Assembly (NCBI GenBank): GCA_964016885.1
Contig: OZ024758.1
Location: 17,298,001 to 17,362,000, forward strand
Length of the DNA: 64,000 bases
Reading direction: 5' to 3'
DNA from: Eledone cirrhosa
Lineage: Eukaryota
The translations under genes were made by a program, and so were the position numbers. Shown piece by piece: positions 12,560-26,139 of the stretch; position 1 is the stretch's first letter, and every line of letters begins with the position of its first letter. The notes under the pieces were generated by a model. It ran no database searches. It was not told where the DNA came from and saw nothing but the letters and a program-made list of their open reading frames with translations.

Positions 12560-13287
12560 TTTGATAGGTTTCGGCCAGTATTGGCCCAGGCCATGTCTAA
12601 CTTAATAGCACCACCTGGCAAAGTCGTACAAATCAGTGTTTGGGCACTATGGCCCACTCGAGCAGACAGTTACCGTTTACGGAGGCATATCCGGGTGTAG
12701 GAGGCTTATGCGGGACTTCTTGAAGGAATTTATCCAAAGTCTTCTTGAACTTGATGGGGTCTGTCTCTGCTTTGATGTGTTTTGGTGTAATGTTAAAGAG
12801 TGCAGGGCCAATTGAGGTGAAATTATTGTGCCGTATTGTTGTTATGTGATGCGAGTGGGATTTTTGTCGTGGGCGGATAGCACGGGGCCCAAGCCTTGGG
12901 TGTACACTAAAGGGGATGCCAACATCATTTGGGATAAGATGATGGAATATTTTCCACATCATACAGATAATGTAGCACTCACGGTGACGTTGAAGAGAAT
13001 AAAGTTTGAGCTTTTCTAATCGACCCCAATAGTCAAGGCCTGTCATGCCAACTATTTTTGTAATTGACCTTTGGGGTGCTTCAACTTTCATGATACTTTG
13101 TTTCGTATGGGGGTGACCACAGTGGACAACAGTATTCAAGGTGGGGTCGGGCAAAAGTGGAGAAGAGAAGGACAACAGTGTGGATATCTCTCAACTGGAA
13201 AGTTCTGAGAATCCAGGAACACATTCTGCGGGCCATATCAACTTTGCTGTTTATATGAGTGGCCCAGCTTATATTGTCCACAAGCAC
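12560..13287 (-). mobile_element. CR1-type LINE ORF2 3' fragment (frameshifted)
   Basis: DNISWATHINSKVDMARRMCSWILRTF..FARPHLEYCCPLWSP/..KVEAPQRSITK..LDYWGRLEKLKLYSLQRHRE..LFNITP..FKKTLDKFL, the typical CR1 post-RT domain. Confidence 0.9.
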
Positions 13288-13410
13288 CCAGCACTCACTG
13301 TAAATGAGGTTGGTGTTAGGAAGGGCATCCAGCTGTAGAAATCAAGCCAGAATCAGTTTTCGTCCCACCCTTGCAAGCAGGGAAAAGCGGACGTAAAATG
13401 AGGATGATGA
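13283..13410 (+). mobile_element. SINE C 3' part with RTE-type tail
   Basis: AGCACCCAGCACTCACTGTAAATGAGGTTGG...CCCACCCTTGCAAGCAGGGAAAAGCGGACGTAAAATG. Confidence 0.85.
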
Positions 13411-13452
13411 TATATATACATCTACATACATATATATATATATACATATACA

Positions 13453-13494
<42 letters not shown>

Positions 13495-13585
13495 CATATA
13501 TATACCATCATCATCATCATCGTTTAACGTCCATCTTCCATGCTAGCATGGGTCTATATATATACAATCATACATATATATATAC

Positions 13586-13616
<31 letters not shown>

Positions 13617-13695
13617 CAATCATACATATATATATATACATAAATAAATGATATATATATATCAAGATGGATAATGTAGGAAACTAGAGTATGGT

Positions 13696-13790
13696 TATAT
13701 AAAAGAGTCGGGATCCCGACGGGTGAGCCCTTTGCATTTCAACAGCTAGCAGCAGGAGCTCAACTGTCGTAGTCCCGACTCTTTTATATA
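13696..13790. repeat. Short foldback, 18-bp perfect arms
   Basis: TATATAAAAGAGTCGGGA ... TCCCGACTCTTTTATATA. Confidence 0.8.
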
Positions 13791-13899
13791 TGTATATATA
13801 TAGATGTATATATAAATGGTAAACAGAAATAACAACACAATCGGTACAGTATATGGAAGAAATATATTAGCTGAATGCTTGAAATAGCATGAATATAAA

Positions 13900-14503
13900 A
13901 ATAATTGTTTCTACTTTTGGAACAAGGCCAGCAATTACCCAGTGCATTACTGGTACTTTATTTTATCGACCCCGTAAGGATGAAAGGCAAAGTTAACCTC
14001 GGCGGGATTTGAACTCATACCATAAGGGACGGTAATCTCGGTAATCTCAGACCATAAAGGGCTGTAACTCTTTGCTGCAAAGCATGGCGTCTGACCCTCT
14101 ACCGATACTGTCAATCCACCGCCCTTAATAATAATAATAATTCTTTCTACATTTACACAAGGCCAGCAATTACCCAGTGTATTACTGGTACTTTATTTTA
14201 TCAACCCCCTAATAATGAAAAGCAAAGTTAACCTCGGATTTGAACTCAGATCGTAAAGGGCCGTAACTCTATGCTGCAAAGCATGGCGTCTGACCCTCTA
14301 CTGATACTGGCAATCCACCGCCATAATAAAATAATAATTGTTTCTACTTTTTGGCACAAGGCCAGCAATTATCCCAGTGCTTTATTTTATCAACTCCGTA
14401 AGGATGAAAGGCAAAGTTAACCTCGGCGGGATTTGAACTCAGACTGTAAAGGGACGTAACTATGCTAGAAAACATGGCGTCCAACCCTCTACCGATACTG
14501 CCA
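13900..14503 (-). mobile_element. Three head-to-tail SINE A copies
   Basis: Copies at ~13900-14124, 14135-14321 and 14328-14503, joined by (TAA)n tails. Confidence 0.9.
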
Positions 14504-14708
14504 ATAATAATAATAATAAAACATCGTTTTAATATTTCCTTTCACTTGGTTTCATTTCAAATATGAGATTCTGCTATAATTATACATTGGTATTTCACAA
14601 TGAAAGGTGGATATCTGTGAAGCAGTGATTACAAACATTAACAGCGACCAACAGTCCATTATAGAGATATAGCAATTCTTTGATATATATATATATATAT
14701 ATATATAT

Positions 14709-14748
<40 letters not shown>

Positions 14749-15029
14749 CAATGACAATTGTTAAATTATCATGTGACATATGTTTGTGCAGAAATTTCCT
14801 GTAGGCTCATATACATAGAATGTTTCCTGCATACTGCAAATTGCTTACATATAAATTCATGTAGGGATGTACACACATGCACATGTACACTTATGCATAT
14901 ATAAACGTATGCATATATAAACGTATACACACTGACAGATAAAGCACAGCATAGATATACACACATATCATTATCTACTTCCCACCCAATCTTACCTCCA
15001 TTTTATCTCGTTCTCTCGCTCTTTATTTA

Positions 15030-15030
<1 letters not shown>

Positions 15031-15066
<36 letters not shown>

Positions 15067-15367
15067 GTGTGTGTGTGTTTGTATGTGTGTGTGTTTGTAT
15101 GTGTGTGTGTTTGTATGTGTGTGTTTGTATGTGTGTGTTTGTATGTGTGTGTTTGTATGCGTGCACACACATATATATGCACACACACACAGATATATAT
15201 ATATATGTGTATGTGTGTGTATATATATATTTATGTGTGTATGTATACACATATTTATGTGTGTATGTATACACATATATATGTATATGTGTGTGTGTAT
15301 ATATATATATGCATATATGTGTGTGTGTGTGTATGTATACACAAACTTGTATGTATTTGTGTATGTG

Positions 15368-15399
<32 letters not shown>

Positions 15400-15530
15400 A
15401 GTATATATATATATATATATATGTATATGTATGTGTGTGAGTATATATATATATATATATGTGTGTATATGTGTGTGTGTATATATATATATATATGTGT
15501 GTGTGTATACACATACTTACATATATGTAA
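15031..15530. repeat. (TA)/(TG) compound microsatellite
   Basis: Direct inspection. Confidence 0.95.
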
Positions 15531-16033
15531 GTGCACAGGAATATCAAACAGTAGAGAAAATCAATAAATATAATATATATATAAGAAGAATGTTCTTGGC
15601 ATGCAAACATGTGTTGTAATCTTCATAATGGAATGCTTTTTACTTTAGTCTTCTTCTATATTTTTTCTTTCTATAATTGCAGAAATAAAGAGAAAAGCAA
15701 ATACAGTTTAAACTGTTAAAGGGAATATCTCGCAATGCACAGCAACTAAAATCTATAATATAGCATTAATGCTTATTTACAGCACGGTAGATTTTGCACA
15801 GAATCGGTGAAATGTAGTCATGATTTTTCAAGCTGTTTTTATTTTATGTCTTGTAATACTGACATTAAAATCACATCTGATCAATTATCTCTTTTATGCT
15901 TCCAATGTAAAGTCAGCAGTCAATAAAATATGATTTAAAGAAACAGGATTATCATTTTCCTAAATGACAATGGCTATATTGGATGTGTAACTAATTCTAG
16001 TTGCTCAAATCCATGTTTATTTTCAATATAGAA

Positions 16034-16353
16034 ATAATAATTGTTTCTACTTTTGGCACAAGGCCAGCAATTATCCCAGTGCATTACTGGTACTTCATTT
16101 TATCGACCCCGTAAGGGTGAAAGGCAAAGTTAACCTCGGCGGGATTTGAACTCAGAATGGCAAGGGCCGTAACTCTATACGTCAAAGCATGGCGTCCGAC
16201 CCTCTACCGATTCTGCCAATCCACCGCCAATATAGAAATAATAATTGTTTCTACGTTAGGCACAAGGCCAGCAATTATCCAGTGCATTACTGGTACTTTA
16301 TTTTATCGACCCCGTAAGGATGAAAGGCAAAGTCAACCTCGGCGGGATTTGAA
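16034..16353 (-). mobile_element. Two SINE A copies
   Basis: Consensus matches; AATATAGAAATAATAATTG precedes both. Confidence 0.9.
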
Positions 16354-17049
16354 ATAATAATAATAATAAAGAAGGGGAAACAAAAGGAAAGAAAGAATAC
16401 TGTATTTCACGACACTGAAGATGCTTCGTCCCGGAGGACACACCCTAATTTTGACAACCAAAAATAAAAAAATAATAATAAGCAACCTTCAGTCTCCAGG
16501 ACAGATGGTAAATTTTTTAGACTTATTTTATGAAAAAAGTAGCATCTTTGACGCCGGGAGATACGGTAGGTAAATATAGAAGAAAAAAAAATGGAAAAAA
16601 AAAGAGAATGAGAGAAACAAAGAAGAAAAAGATTGGAAAGAGGACAGGATGGCAAGAGCTCTGGTGTCGCAGAAGAGAGAAGAGGGGTGAAGAAGGCAGA
16701 AGTGTTGTGCTCCGATGACAAGACTGCAAAAGTATTCCTCCGGACGATGGCCAGTGACACCACTGCAACAGCCACCCAACCTTGCAGGGCTCCCTCCTCA
16801 GACAGGCTGCTGATGCTCCAATCTTGGGGAGGAGCTCGGCAGTACAGGGTCCAAGTACACTCAAATTCTAAGCAGATAAGAAGCAAAAACTTTTTAAAAC
16901 CTGGATAGAACACTAGTCCATTGCAGGTAATTCTCTTAAAAGTTGTTGGTATGTTTCTCATAGCTGCTAGTAAAGCTGAATTAGTCTTTTTGTAAACTAG
17001 AAATTTTTTCAACACACTGACATGTATGTCACATGCGCCTTCACATGTG

Positions 17050-17215
17050 CAGGAGCATGGCTTAGTGGTTAGAGCATTGGGCTTGCGATCAAAAGGTCGT
17101 GAGTTCAATTCTCGGACCAGGTGATGTGTTGTTTCCTTGAGCAAGACACTTTATTTCACGTTGTTCCAGTTTACTCAGCTGTAGAAATGAGATGATAGGA
17201 CTGGGGTCCATATCA
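17050..17215 (+). mobile_element. SINE C head (3'-truncated)
   Basis: CATGGCTTAGTGGTTAGAGCATTGGGCTTGCGATC..GAGTTCAATTCTCGGACCAGG..TTCCTTGAGCAAGACAC. Confidence 0.85.
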
Positions 17216-17479
17216 TTAAATTACCCAAGACACCTCCAAAGAGATATACCTTTGAGGAGGCAAGCTAAACCTGCATAGGTGTGAGCTGTCACACACACAC
17301 ACACACGTGTATGTGTATGGACCCCTTTAGTTCTGTTGGCATCATACAAATCTCTCTAATATTGTTACCATGATAAAAAGCACCCGTACACTCTGTAAAG
17401 TTGAGACTTGTAGATAGAATGAGCAATCGAAAAAAGCCCAATGGAAACATTGTTTCCTTGGCCCAGTTTGATGCAGGAA

Positions 17480-17985
17480 CATAAATATATATGAATTAAA
17501 AATAAAAAAAAAGGAAAAAAATATTTGAATAAATAACAATTGCCCCACCCATCTTTACAACGAAAGTTAATCTTCTGACTAATAGATTTTGAAAGTGGAG
17601 TGTTTTGATATAAAAAAAAAAAGATTTTAAATAAAAAAAAATAAAATAAAATAAAGTGGGAACATACATAAATGAAGATGAATTAAAAATAAAAAAAAAT
17701 GAAAAAAAAAAAGATAAATATATAGAAATTGCTCCTTCCTCAACCTTTACAACGAAAGTTAATCTTCTGACCAATATATTTTGAGAGCAGGGTGTTTGGA
17801 TGGAAATAAAAAAAAAACTTAAAAATAAACTAAAGCCGGAACATAAATAAATAAATATGAATCAAAAATAAAAAAAAATGAAAAACAATGTGTGAATATA
17901 TAAAAATTGCTTCCCCTCTCCTCAACCTTTACTACGAAAGTTAATCATCTGACCAATAAATTTTGAAAGTGGGGTGTTCTGATGT
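17480..17985. repeat. Degenerate tandem repeat, ~185-bp unit x3
   Basis: TTTACAACGAAAGTTAATCTTCTGAC recurs at ~17553, 17746 and 17928. Confidence 0.8.
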
Positions 17986-18564
17986 AAAATTCAGTGTTGA
18001 ATAGCTCACTTTGAATAAGAATGCTGCAGATTATCGTTAGATTAAATGAACCATTCATTTGCAAAATCTCTGTTGGCCTCTTGTTAATGTGATTGATGGC
18101 CTTTCTAAATAAGTTTGAAACCCTAGAGGATTGTTTGGCACATTTTATCAATAAAAGTGGTTCTGTTCATCTGGTTTATACATATAGATGAAGAAAATAT
18201 CTAAAAACAAAATGTGTAATTATTCAATATACAGCTAACTGAAACCTTAAGGATATTTTATGATTATTTCTTACGACAAATCAAGTTCCATTCAGGTGAA
18301 GGGAGAAAGAATATCTTTATTATTTTATTTTTTTGTCAATTTTTGGCATGAATGGGTGAACAGTTAAAAAATTGATTGAATCTTTGGTATTTTTTTTATT
18401 TAATCAGATGGAATTTCCTTTTTATTATTTTAATCTTTAGTTTGATGTATTCTCTTAAATAATCTGAGGTTTATTACTTTGTTACTTGGCTAAATCTATC
18501 ATTATTCTCTAACATATTAGTTGTATAGTTATCTCAGAGTAAAAGCAATAGATATTATATAACA

Positions 18565-18755
18565 GTGGTTGTATGGCAATATCGGTAGAGGGCCGGATGC
18601 CATGCCTTCCAGCATAGAGTTATGCTCTTTTATGGTCAGAGTTCAAATCCCGCCAAGGTTAACTTTGCCTTTCGTCCTTATGGGGTCGATAAAATAAAGT
18701 ACCAGTAATGCACTGGGATAATTGCTGGCCTTGTGCCAATAGTAGAAACAATTAT
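18565..18755 (+). mobile_element. SINE A
   Basis: Consensus match; TSD-like ATTATATAACAGTG on both sides. Confidence 0.85.
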
Positions 18756-18759
18756 ATAA

Positions 18760-19059
18760 CAGTGATCTCCAAACCTTTTTATACCACGGACCGGCTTCAT
18801 GTCGGACAACCTTCCTGCAGACCGGTAGTTGTACATATGTGTTATTTATGTGCATTTCGATAAAGAGCAATTTATTAAAGTGCTGAGAAAGTGTATTGAC
18901 TACATGAATATTGAATATCTAAACAAATCTTTTAAAATAAAAGTTCAATATTCAATTTATCTATTATATAATTTTAAACAAGTTAATTATTTCTTTGCAG
19001 CCCGGTAACATGATCCATGGACTGGTACCAGTCAGCAGTCCAGTGTTTGAGGACTTCTG
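18760..19059 (+). mobile_element. hAT-like MITE
   Basis: Imperfect TIR CAGTGATCTCCAAAC / GTTTGAGGACTTCTG; 8-bp TSD TTATATAA/TTATATAG. Confidence 0.75.
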
Positions 19060-19124
19060 TTATATAGAACAAAAAACACAGCAATATAATATGAGGACCT
19101 CATGTGGTCTCTCGCCTTCCATAA

Positions 19125-19492
19125 TCTATATATCTAAAACAGAGAATGTCTGTCTCCCTAAATCTCAAGAACCACTCAACCGATTGTTTTCAAACTTTAC
19201 ATATGTAATACTTATGGTCCTGTGAGTGTTTACTTCTGCGTTCACAGATTGATTTTTTTTAGTTTCAGAAGATCCCGTTAAGAGTGAAAGCAGCGATTCT
19301 TTGCTTAAACTTTAATCTGTTATTTTTATATATATATATATAATTATATATTCGTGTACAGATATTTTTGCATACACAATAACAAAATATAAGCAAACGT
19401 ATTTATTTCATGGGGCTCGATAAGGATAAATATATATCAAATACATAAGAACCCTAGAGCAAATCCCGAGCAATGCCGGGCCATTCTACTAG
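19125..19492 (+). mobile_element. Non-autonomous Helitron containing an H1 hammerhead segment
   Basis: A|TCTATATATCTAAAAC start; hairpin CCCG-AGCAATGC-CGGG; CTAG|T end; H1 sequence at ~19228-19452. Confidence 0.8.
19244..19320 (+). ncRNA. H1 hammerhead fold, copy 2
   Basis: ACAGATT..AGTTT-CAGAAGA-T-CCC(GTTAA)GAG-T-GAAA-GCAG..TTGC-TT-AAACT..AATCTGT. Confidence 0.65.
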
Positions 19493-19663
19493 TTAATACT
19501 ATTACATGACCATACAGCCAGATCACACAGAGACATGCTCCCTTATGTCATACACTAGTATTTCACCCTTGAAATATTTCCACTCCTTGACATTAGTAGG
19601 AACTTGAGATCAGACATTTCAAGCCAGACTTGACCATGGCAGTGTAGGTTGAAATGGTTCTCA

Positions 19664-19890
19664 TTAACCCTTTAGCATTTAAACTGAACATATCCAGCCA
19701 GAATTCTCTCACCTCTTTCTGCTTAAATCAACCGTAACTGGCCGTAACCAGCCGCTCATACTGATGTTAAAGTATTGTTCTCAAAATAAATAACATCAAA
19801 ATCTAGTAGTTTTGATATTACATAAGATTAAAGTCTTTTTCACAAAAATACAATCATATATGTATAGTAATGTAAATGCTAAAGGGTTAA
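19664..19890 (+). mobile_element. piggyBac-like MITE M1
   Basis: TTAA-CCCTTTAGCATTTA...TAAATGCTAAAGGG-TTAA, with a perfect 14-bp TIR. Confidence 0.9.
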
Positions 19891-21142
19891 CACCAGTGTA
19901 CTTCAAGCTACAATTATACTTATCACATTCTTCCTTCTATAAATTAAAAACCTATATGCTGTTGCTGCTAACTGCATACCCTTCCAAAGATAATACTCTC
20001 TCACTCTGATCGATCGACAAGATCCAAGATCCCAGACCTCGTTCACTTGTCGAGTGGGGTGGACCTCATCAAATCGGAACAAGGAAACAATGTTTCCATT
20101 AGTCTTTCCATTACTGACACTATTCACCTGCCTGGGAGGGAAACTTATTCAGTTCATGAATTTGTATTACATAACACTCAAAATTATTAGTTACCAAGCA
20201 TACATTTCTCATGTCTCCCTAACCAGAAAAAAAAAAGAAAAAGAACATAGCTAGAACTCCCTTGAGTGCAATCACCAGTTTGCAGATGCTGAAGCTAAAC
20301 AACTCATTTTCTCTTTATATTTTCAATCAATTTAAAATCAATTTACTTGCAGATTATGCATCAGGAAATTTGCAAATTTTGCAAATTTGCTTGATTTAGG
20401 GAAACACTTTTTATGGTTGTTGTCTTTACTAATGTAATTTGAACAAATAGAAAGAGAATTTTTTAATCTAATTTACAGCTTGGTAGACTGAAGCAAGTTT
20501 AATGATGTGCTTTCCCTAAAATCATGGAATACCTTCTGTGATTGAGTTGCATAAGATATTAGACACTCTAGGTCCATATCCTGAAAAAGGTAATAAAGGT
20601 GTTTTAATGCATTCAGGAGGTTTCACACCAGCAAATAATTGTTTCTAACTAAGGCACAAGGTTAGCAATTTAAGGAGAGGGTTTAGTCAATTAAATCTAC
20701 CCCAGTATTTAACTGCTACTTTATTTTATCAAATATAGTTGACTTCAGCAGAATTTGGAATCAGGATGTTAGGAAGGGCATCCAGCCAGAAAAAACTAAG
20801 CCAGAAACAGTTTTGTGTGAGCAAGACACAGTCAGCTGATCCAACAGGCATTAAAACGGTCAACCCGTCTAACCCATGCTAGCATGGAAAAATGGACGTT
20901 AAACAATGATGATGATGATGTAAAGTGACGGAACAAATACCACAAGGCACTTTATTGGATTCTCTAACAATGTTGCCATTCCACTGTCTTACCACAGTAG
21001 CAAATATTAGAGTAGGGACTTAGTCCTTAAACTCTAACCCAAACCTTCTTTCAACAATACAGTGTTGTCCCTCTATCTCTTGTATCACTAATACAACAAT
21101 CTACCTCTATCTGAATTTGCCAATTTTTTTTAATATTCTTTT

Positions 21143-21285
21143 CAGTGCTGGGTTTACCATTGTGTTTAGGTGTGCTTAAACGCAGGGCTTCCTGCTAAAA
21201 CATTTTTTTATGATGAACGTTTCAGATGTTTGTGGCCTCATAACTTAACTAGCACAGGGCCTCATTTGTCCTAAGTCCAGCACTG
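21143..21285. mobile_element. Short hAT-like MITE
   Basis: TIR CAGTGCTGG / CCAGCACTG; TSD not clean. Confidence 0.55.
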
Positions 21286-21484
21286 CCTCTTCTCAAGAAT
21301 CACATATAATGGAATTCCTTCTTTGCCTATATGATATCCTTTGCAATTATCAAACAGTGTAAGTTGATATCGAACCTAAAATCTATCAGGAACAATCAAT
21401 CGAGGAATGCCTGCATTAAATATGACAATTGATATTTTTTATTAAGTTGGAAAAGGAAAGGAGTTGACAGTCATATCAGACCAA

Positions 21485-21762
21485 GTCTAAAGTCTATCTT
21501 AAGCCAGAAGGCTCGTTAAACTGGTACTTATCCCGATTTCATGGCGTGAAGCGACTGAGAGTACAAGACTCCTCCCTGGACAGGACGCCAGTCCATTGCA
21601 GGGTTAAACCTCCAGCTCTTGCTGGAACTCATTTTCAGCTGAGTATACTAGAGCAATATGAAATGAAGTGTTTTGCTCGAGAACACAACATGCAACCCAA
21701 CCTAGGAATTGAACACACACCATTATGACCATAAGTCCAACACCCTTACCACTAGGCCACAC
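21485..21762 (-). mobile_element. tRNA-derived SINE with CORE-like and V-domain-like segments
   Basis: Minus strand: TGGCCTAGTGGTAAGGGTG..GTTCAATTCC..GAGCAAAACACTT..CTCAGCTGAAAATGAG..AACCCTGCAATGGACTGGCGTCCTGTCCAGGG. Confidence 0.75.
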
Positions 21763-22045
21763 ATCACCACAAACCCAGGAAACTATATTTCCATTGGTCT
21801 TTACATAGCTGATACTATCTGCCGACTGCAACTACCTGAAGAAGGTAGGATTTGAACTCAGGATATACAGAAACAGATCAGTTACCTCAAACATACTCTC
21901 TGATTGTTTACCAATTCCATTAATCTCCCACCTTTGGACTGGTCTTTAATTATCGACTGTGAAAGGAAGAAAGGTAAAGTAGACTGGGAGAATTGAACTT
22001 AAAGAATCAGAACAGATACTGAGGCAGTTAATCTGACATTATAAT

Positions 22046-22436
22046 TGGCAGTATCAGTAGAGGGTCGGACGCCATAATTTGACGCATAGAGTTACGGCCC
22101 TTGCCATTCTGAGTTCAAATCCCGTCGAGGTTAACTTTGACTTTCATTCTTACGGGATCGATAAAATAAAGTACCAGTAATACACTGGGATAATTGCTGG
22201 CCCTGTGCCAAAAGTAGAAACAATTATAATAACTCTATTATAGGGTGGTGGATTGGTAGTATCAGTAGAGGGTCGGACGCCGTGCTTTGCAGCATAGAGT
22301 TATGGCCTTTTGTGATCTGAGTTCAAATCCCGCCGAGGTTAACTTTGCCTTTCATCCTTACAGGGGTCGATAAAATAAAGAACCAGTAATGCACTGGATA
22401 ATTGCTGGCCTTGTGCCGAAAAGTAGAAACAATTAT
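22046..22436 (+). mobile_element. Two SINE A copies
   Basis: Consensus matches at ~22046-22226 and 22242-22436. Confidence 0.9.
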
Positions 22437-22627
22437 ATTATCTCTACCAATTAGATACTAATAAGAAAATAAACTAATAAAAGGGTGTGATTCTGGCCCC
22501 TTTATCTGATAACAGAGGAACTAAATGGTACAAATATAACAGTTCTTATGTTAATAATAAAATTAAACAATAGAATAAAACAAAAGAAATCTCAAAGAGG
22601 CAAACCTGAATACACACACACACTCAC

Positions 22628-22660
<33 letters not shown>

Positions 22661-22818
22661 CACATATGTACATATATGATTATATATATATATATACATA
22701 CACATATGTACATATATAATCATATATATATACACATATGTACATATATAATTATATGTATATATATATATACACATGTACATATATAATTATATATATA
22801 TATATACACATGTACATA

Positions 22819-22865
<47 letters not shown>

Positions 22866-23284
22866 GTACATATATAATTATATATATATGTATATATATA
22901 TACATACACATATGTACATATATAATTATATATATATATATATATACACATATACATATACATACACACACACACACACACATATATATATATGACTGTA
23001 GTGAGGGTGAAAAAAAGATAACACAAAAAACACAAAATACATAAAAAACAAAAGCAATAAACACAAAGTGAATAACTTAGTGTTAAAAATGTTCATATAC
23101 ATTGGTTGATTAATGTATCATAATTAATTTCATTAGTACACTAATGGATGAATAAATTTAATAACAACTGACGTGTTTGACCTTGTGAATTATTTATCAA
23201 TGGCCATTATTACAGACATTTCTTTTTCATAATTAAGAAATGTATACAATTGATGTTTGATACTCATATGTATTAGTGAATGGA

Positions 23285-24125
23285 GTATATTAAACAGTAG
23301 GGCTTGGAAGTAAAACTAAGCTGGGTCTAGATAATTGTGTAGTAATTAAGGAAGTATAAATACTAGGGCTTGGAACCAAAGCCAAGTCTGGTCTAAATAA
23401 TTTTGTAGTAATTCAGGAAGTATAAATAGTAAGGCTTTGAACCAAAGCAAGGTCTGGTCTAAATAATTGTGTATTTATTAATGGAGTGTAAATACTAGGG
23501 CTTGGAAACAAAGTCTGGTGTAAATAATTGTGTATTAAATAATTGTTTCTACATTTGGCACAAGGCCAGCAATTACCCAGTGCATTACTGGTACTTTATT
23601 TTATAGACCCCGTAAGGATGAAAAGCAAAGTTAACCTTGGCGGGATTTGAACTCAGATCATAAACGGGTGTAACTCTATGCTGCAATGTATGGCGTCTGA
23701 CCCTCGACTGATACTACGAATCTACCGCCAAATTGTGTACTAATTAATGAAGTATAAATACTAGGGCTTGGAACTAAAACTAAGCCAGGTCAGGTCTAAA
23801 TGATTGTGTATGAATGGATTATAAATACTAGGGCTTGGAACCAAAGCTGAGTCTGGTCTAGATGACTGTGTATTAGCTCTTTAGTATTTACATTACTCTA
23901 TATATACTATTATATTTTCACAGCAAAGGCTTTACTTCAACTAATATAGAATCTATGAGATTTTTATATTTATTTTGAGAACAATACTTAACATCAGTAT
24001 GAGGTGCCAGTTTGAACAGAATACTAAGGCTTGGAATTAAAACTAGTCTGGTCTCGATAACTGTGTATTAATTAATGGAGTATAAAAACTAAGGCTTGAA
24101 ACTAAAGCTGAATTTGGTCTAGATT
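23285..24125. repeat. ~63-bp minisatellite interrupted by SINE A (23538-23729) and an M1 fragment (~23880-24020)
   Basis: Unit AATACTAGGGCTTGGAACCAAAGC..GTCTGGTCTAGATAATTGTGTA repeated about 8 times. Confidence 0.8.
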
Positions 24126-24134
24126 ACTGATTCA

Positions 24135-24325
24135 AATAAAATGGGTGGTCCATGTTGCTAGGACGAATAATGAAAGACTGACGAAATTTCTCACTTATTG
24201 CCAACATCAAATGGGAGTGCAAAACCTAGGAAAACCTTTTCTTAGATACATGACTAAACAAAAAAAAAATATCAAGCATTTGGGAATACAAGGATCAGAA
24301 CTTAAGGAATGTGTTGACAATAATT
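24135..24325 (+). mobile_element. Highly degenerate RTE LINE fragment
   Basis: KWVVHVARTNNERLTKFLTY...GKPFLRY resembles the RTE RWxGHVxRM..R.PK..GRP.LR motif. Confidence 0.55.
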
Positions 24326-24764
24326 AATGGTTTTTTACATAGGCACAATTTTTGGGGAAAGGGAAGTCGATTAAATCGACCCCAGTGCGTGACTGGTACT
24401 TTATTTTATCGAACCCGAAAGGATGAAAGGCAAAGTTAACCTCAGCATGATTTGAACTCAGACCAGGATCTGAACTTTATGCTGCAAAGCATGGCGCCTG
24501 ACTCTCTGCTGATACTGCCAATAATTAATGGAGGAAAGCCTGTCAAAATGGCATCAGGAACAATGTCAACACAAATATTGAGGACCTATGTGGACTTAAT
24601 CAAAGGGAAGCAGTCTCTGTTAAATGGTCTGTGTCAGAGGGGTGGGGTCTAGTTTGCAAAAACAAAGCAGATTTAGTGTCTCATAAAAGACACAAACAGT
24701 AAAATATGCTGTAGAAAGAAAGTAAGATTTTTTTGCCCTTATGCCTTGAATATGATGAGAGTCC

Positions 24765-24801
<37 letters not shown>

Positions 24802-25008
24802 TTATATAAGTACATTTATGTATGTGTATGTATCTATTTTTAAATATGTTTACCACATATACATGCATATATATACACACACACACATATATGTATGTAT
24901 GTATATATGTGTGTGTGTGTGCATACATACATACACACATACATACATACATACATGATGGCTGCCCCCTCGTTATCGACTACATACATACATACATACA
25001 TACATACA

Positions 25009-25041
<33 letters not shown>

Positions 25042-25658
25042 TTAACAAGTGACTAAGCTAAACTATTACCAAAAAGTATAGCATTATGAAAAAGATCACT
25101 CTGAATCTTTTCTTTATAAGTTATATAAATATGATATTAAAATAATATTAATACAATGAAAGCAAAATAAACTTGCATCTCTATATCATTGTTTTTAGTC
25201 ACTTTGATAGACTCTGCTGAAGTGGAATTCACAGAAATCAAAAATATTTGCAATATCAATAAATGGTAAGCAAATGGACTTAGTTGTTTTTATGTATACA
25301 AATTTTGCTTGACATTTTTGCTCATTTTTATTTCTTTGTTGGATATTATTTTGTTTACGGTTTCTGTTATTATATATTTACAATGCTAAGTATATCCATA
25401 GAAATATAACTTTTATCACTTTAATATATATATGTAAATACATATATATGTGTGTTCATACATATATATATTTATATGTGTTCAGACATATATATATTTA
25501 TATCTATTCATACATATATATATTTATATCTATTCATACATATATATATTTATATATATATAAATATTTACATATATATGTTCATACATATATATATATA
25601 TATATCTATTCATACATATATATATTTATATATATATAAATATTTACATATATATGTT

Positions 25659-25704
<46 letters not shown>

Positions 25705-26139
25705 TAAATATATATATATTTATATATATATACTCATTCGTAAATATATATATATTTATATATATATATACTCATTCGTAAATATATATATATTTATATA
25801 TATCTACTCATTCATATATATATATTCATTCATATATATATATATATAATATATATTTCAAGATGTCTTTTACAATTTTTTCTATCTCTCGTCTTTTTAA
25901 TCAAATGATTAAAATAAAAACAAAAGATTAAAGGAAAATCAAAATGACATTGAGTATGTAATCATTTTAAAAGGATTATTTGTCATCCAAAGATGAGAAG
26001 AATATGGTGCAAGTTCTACTATATATATATATATGTGTGTGTGTGTGTATCTATCTCTTTCTCTCTCTATATATATGTATATATATATGTATATATATAT
26101 ATATATATGTATATATATGTATATATATATATATATTGT

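Noticed and set aside
16407-17144. 245-aa minus-strand ORF
   Set aside because: Begins in an antisense SINE head, is low-complexity F/S-rich, and has no recognisable domain.
18011-18200. Minus-strand segment bounded by good AG/GT splice sites
   Set aside because: Stops in all three frames; cannot be supported as coding without RNA data.
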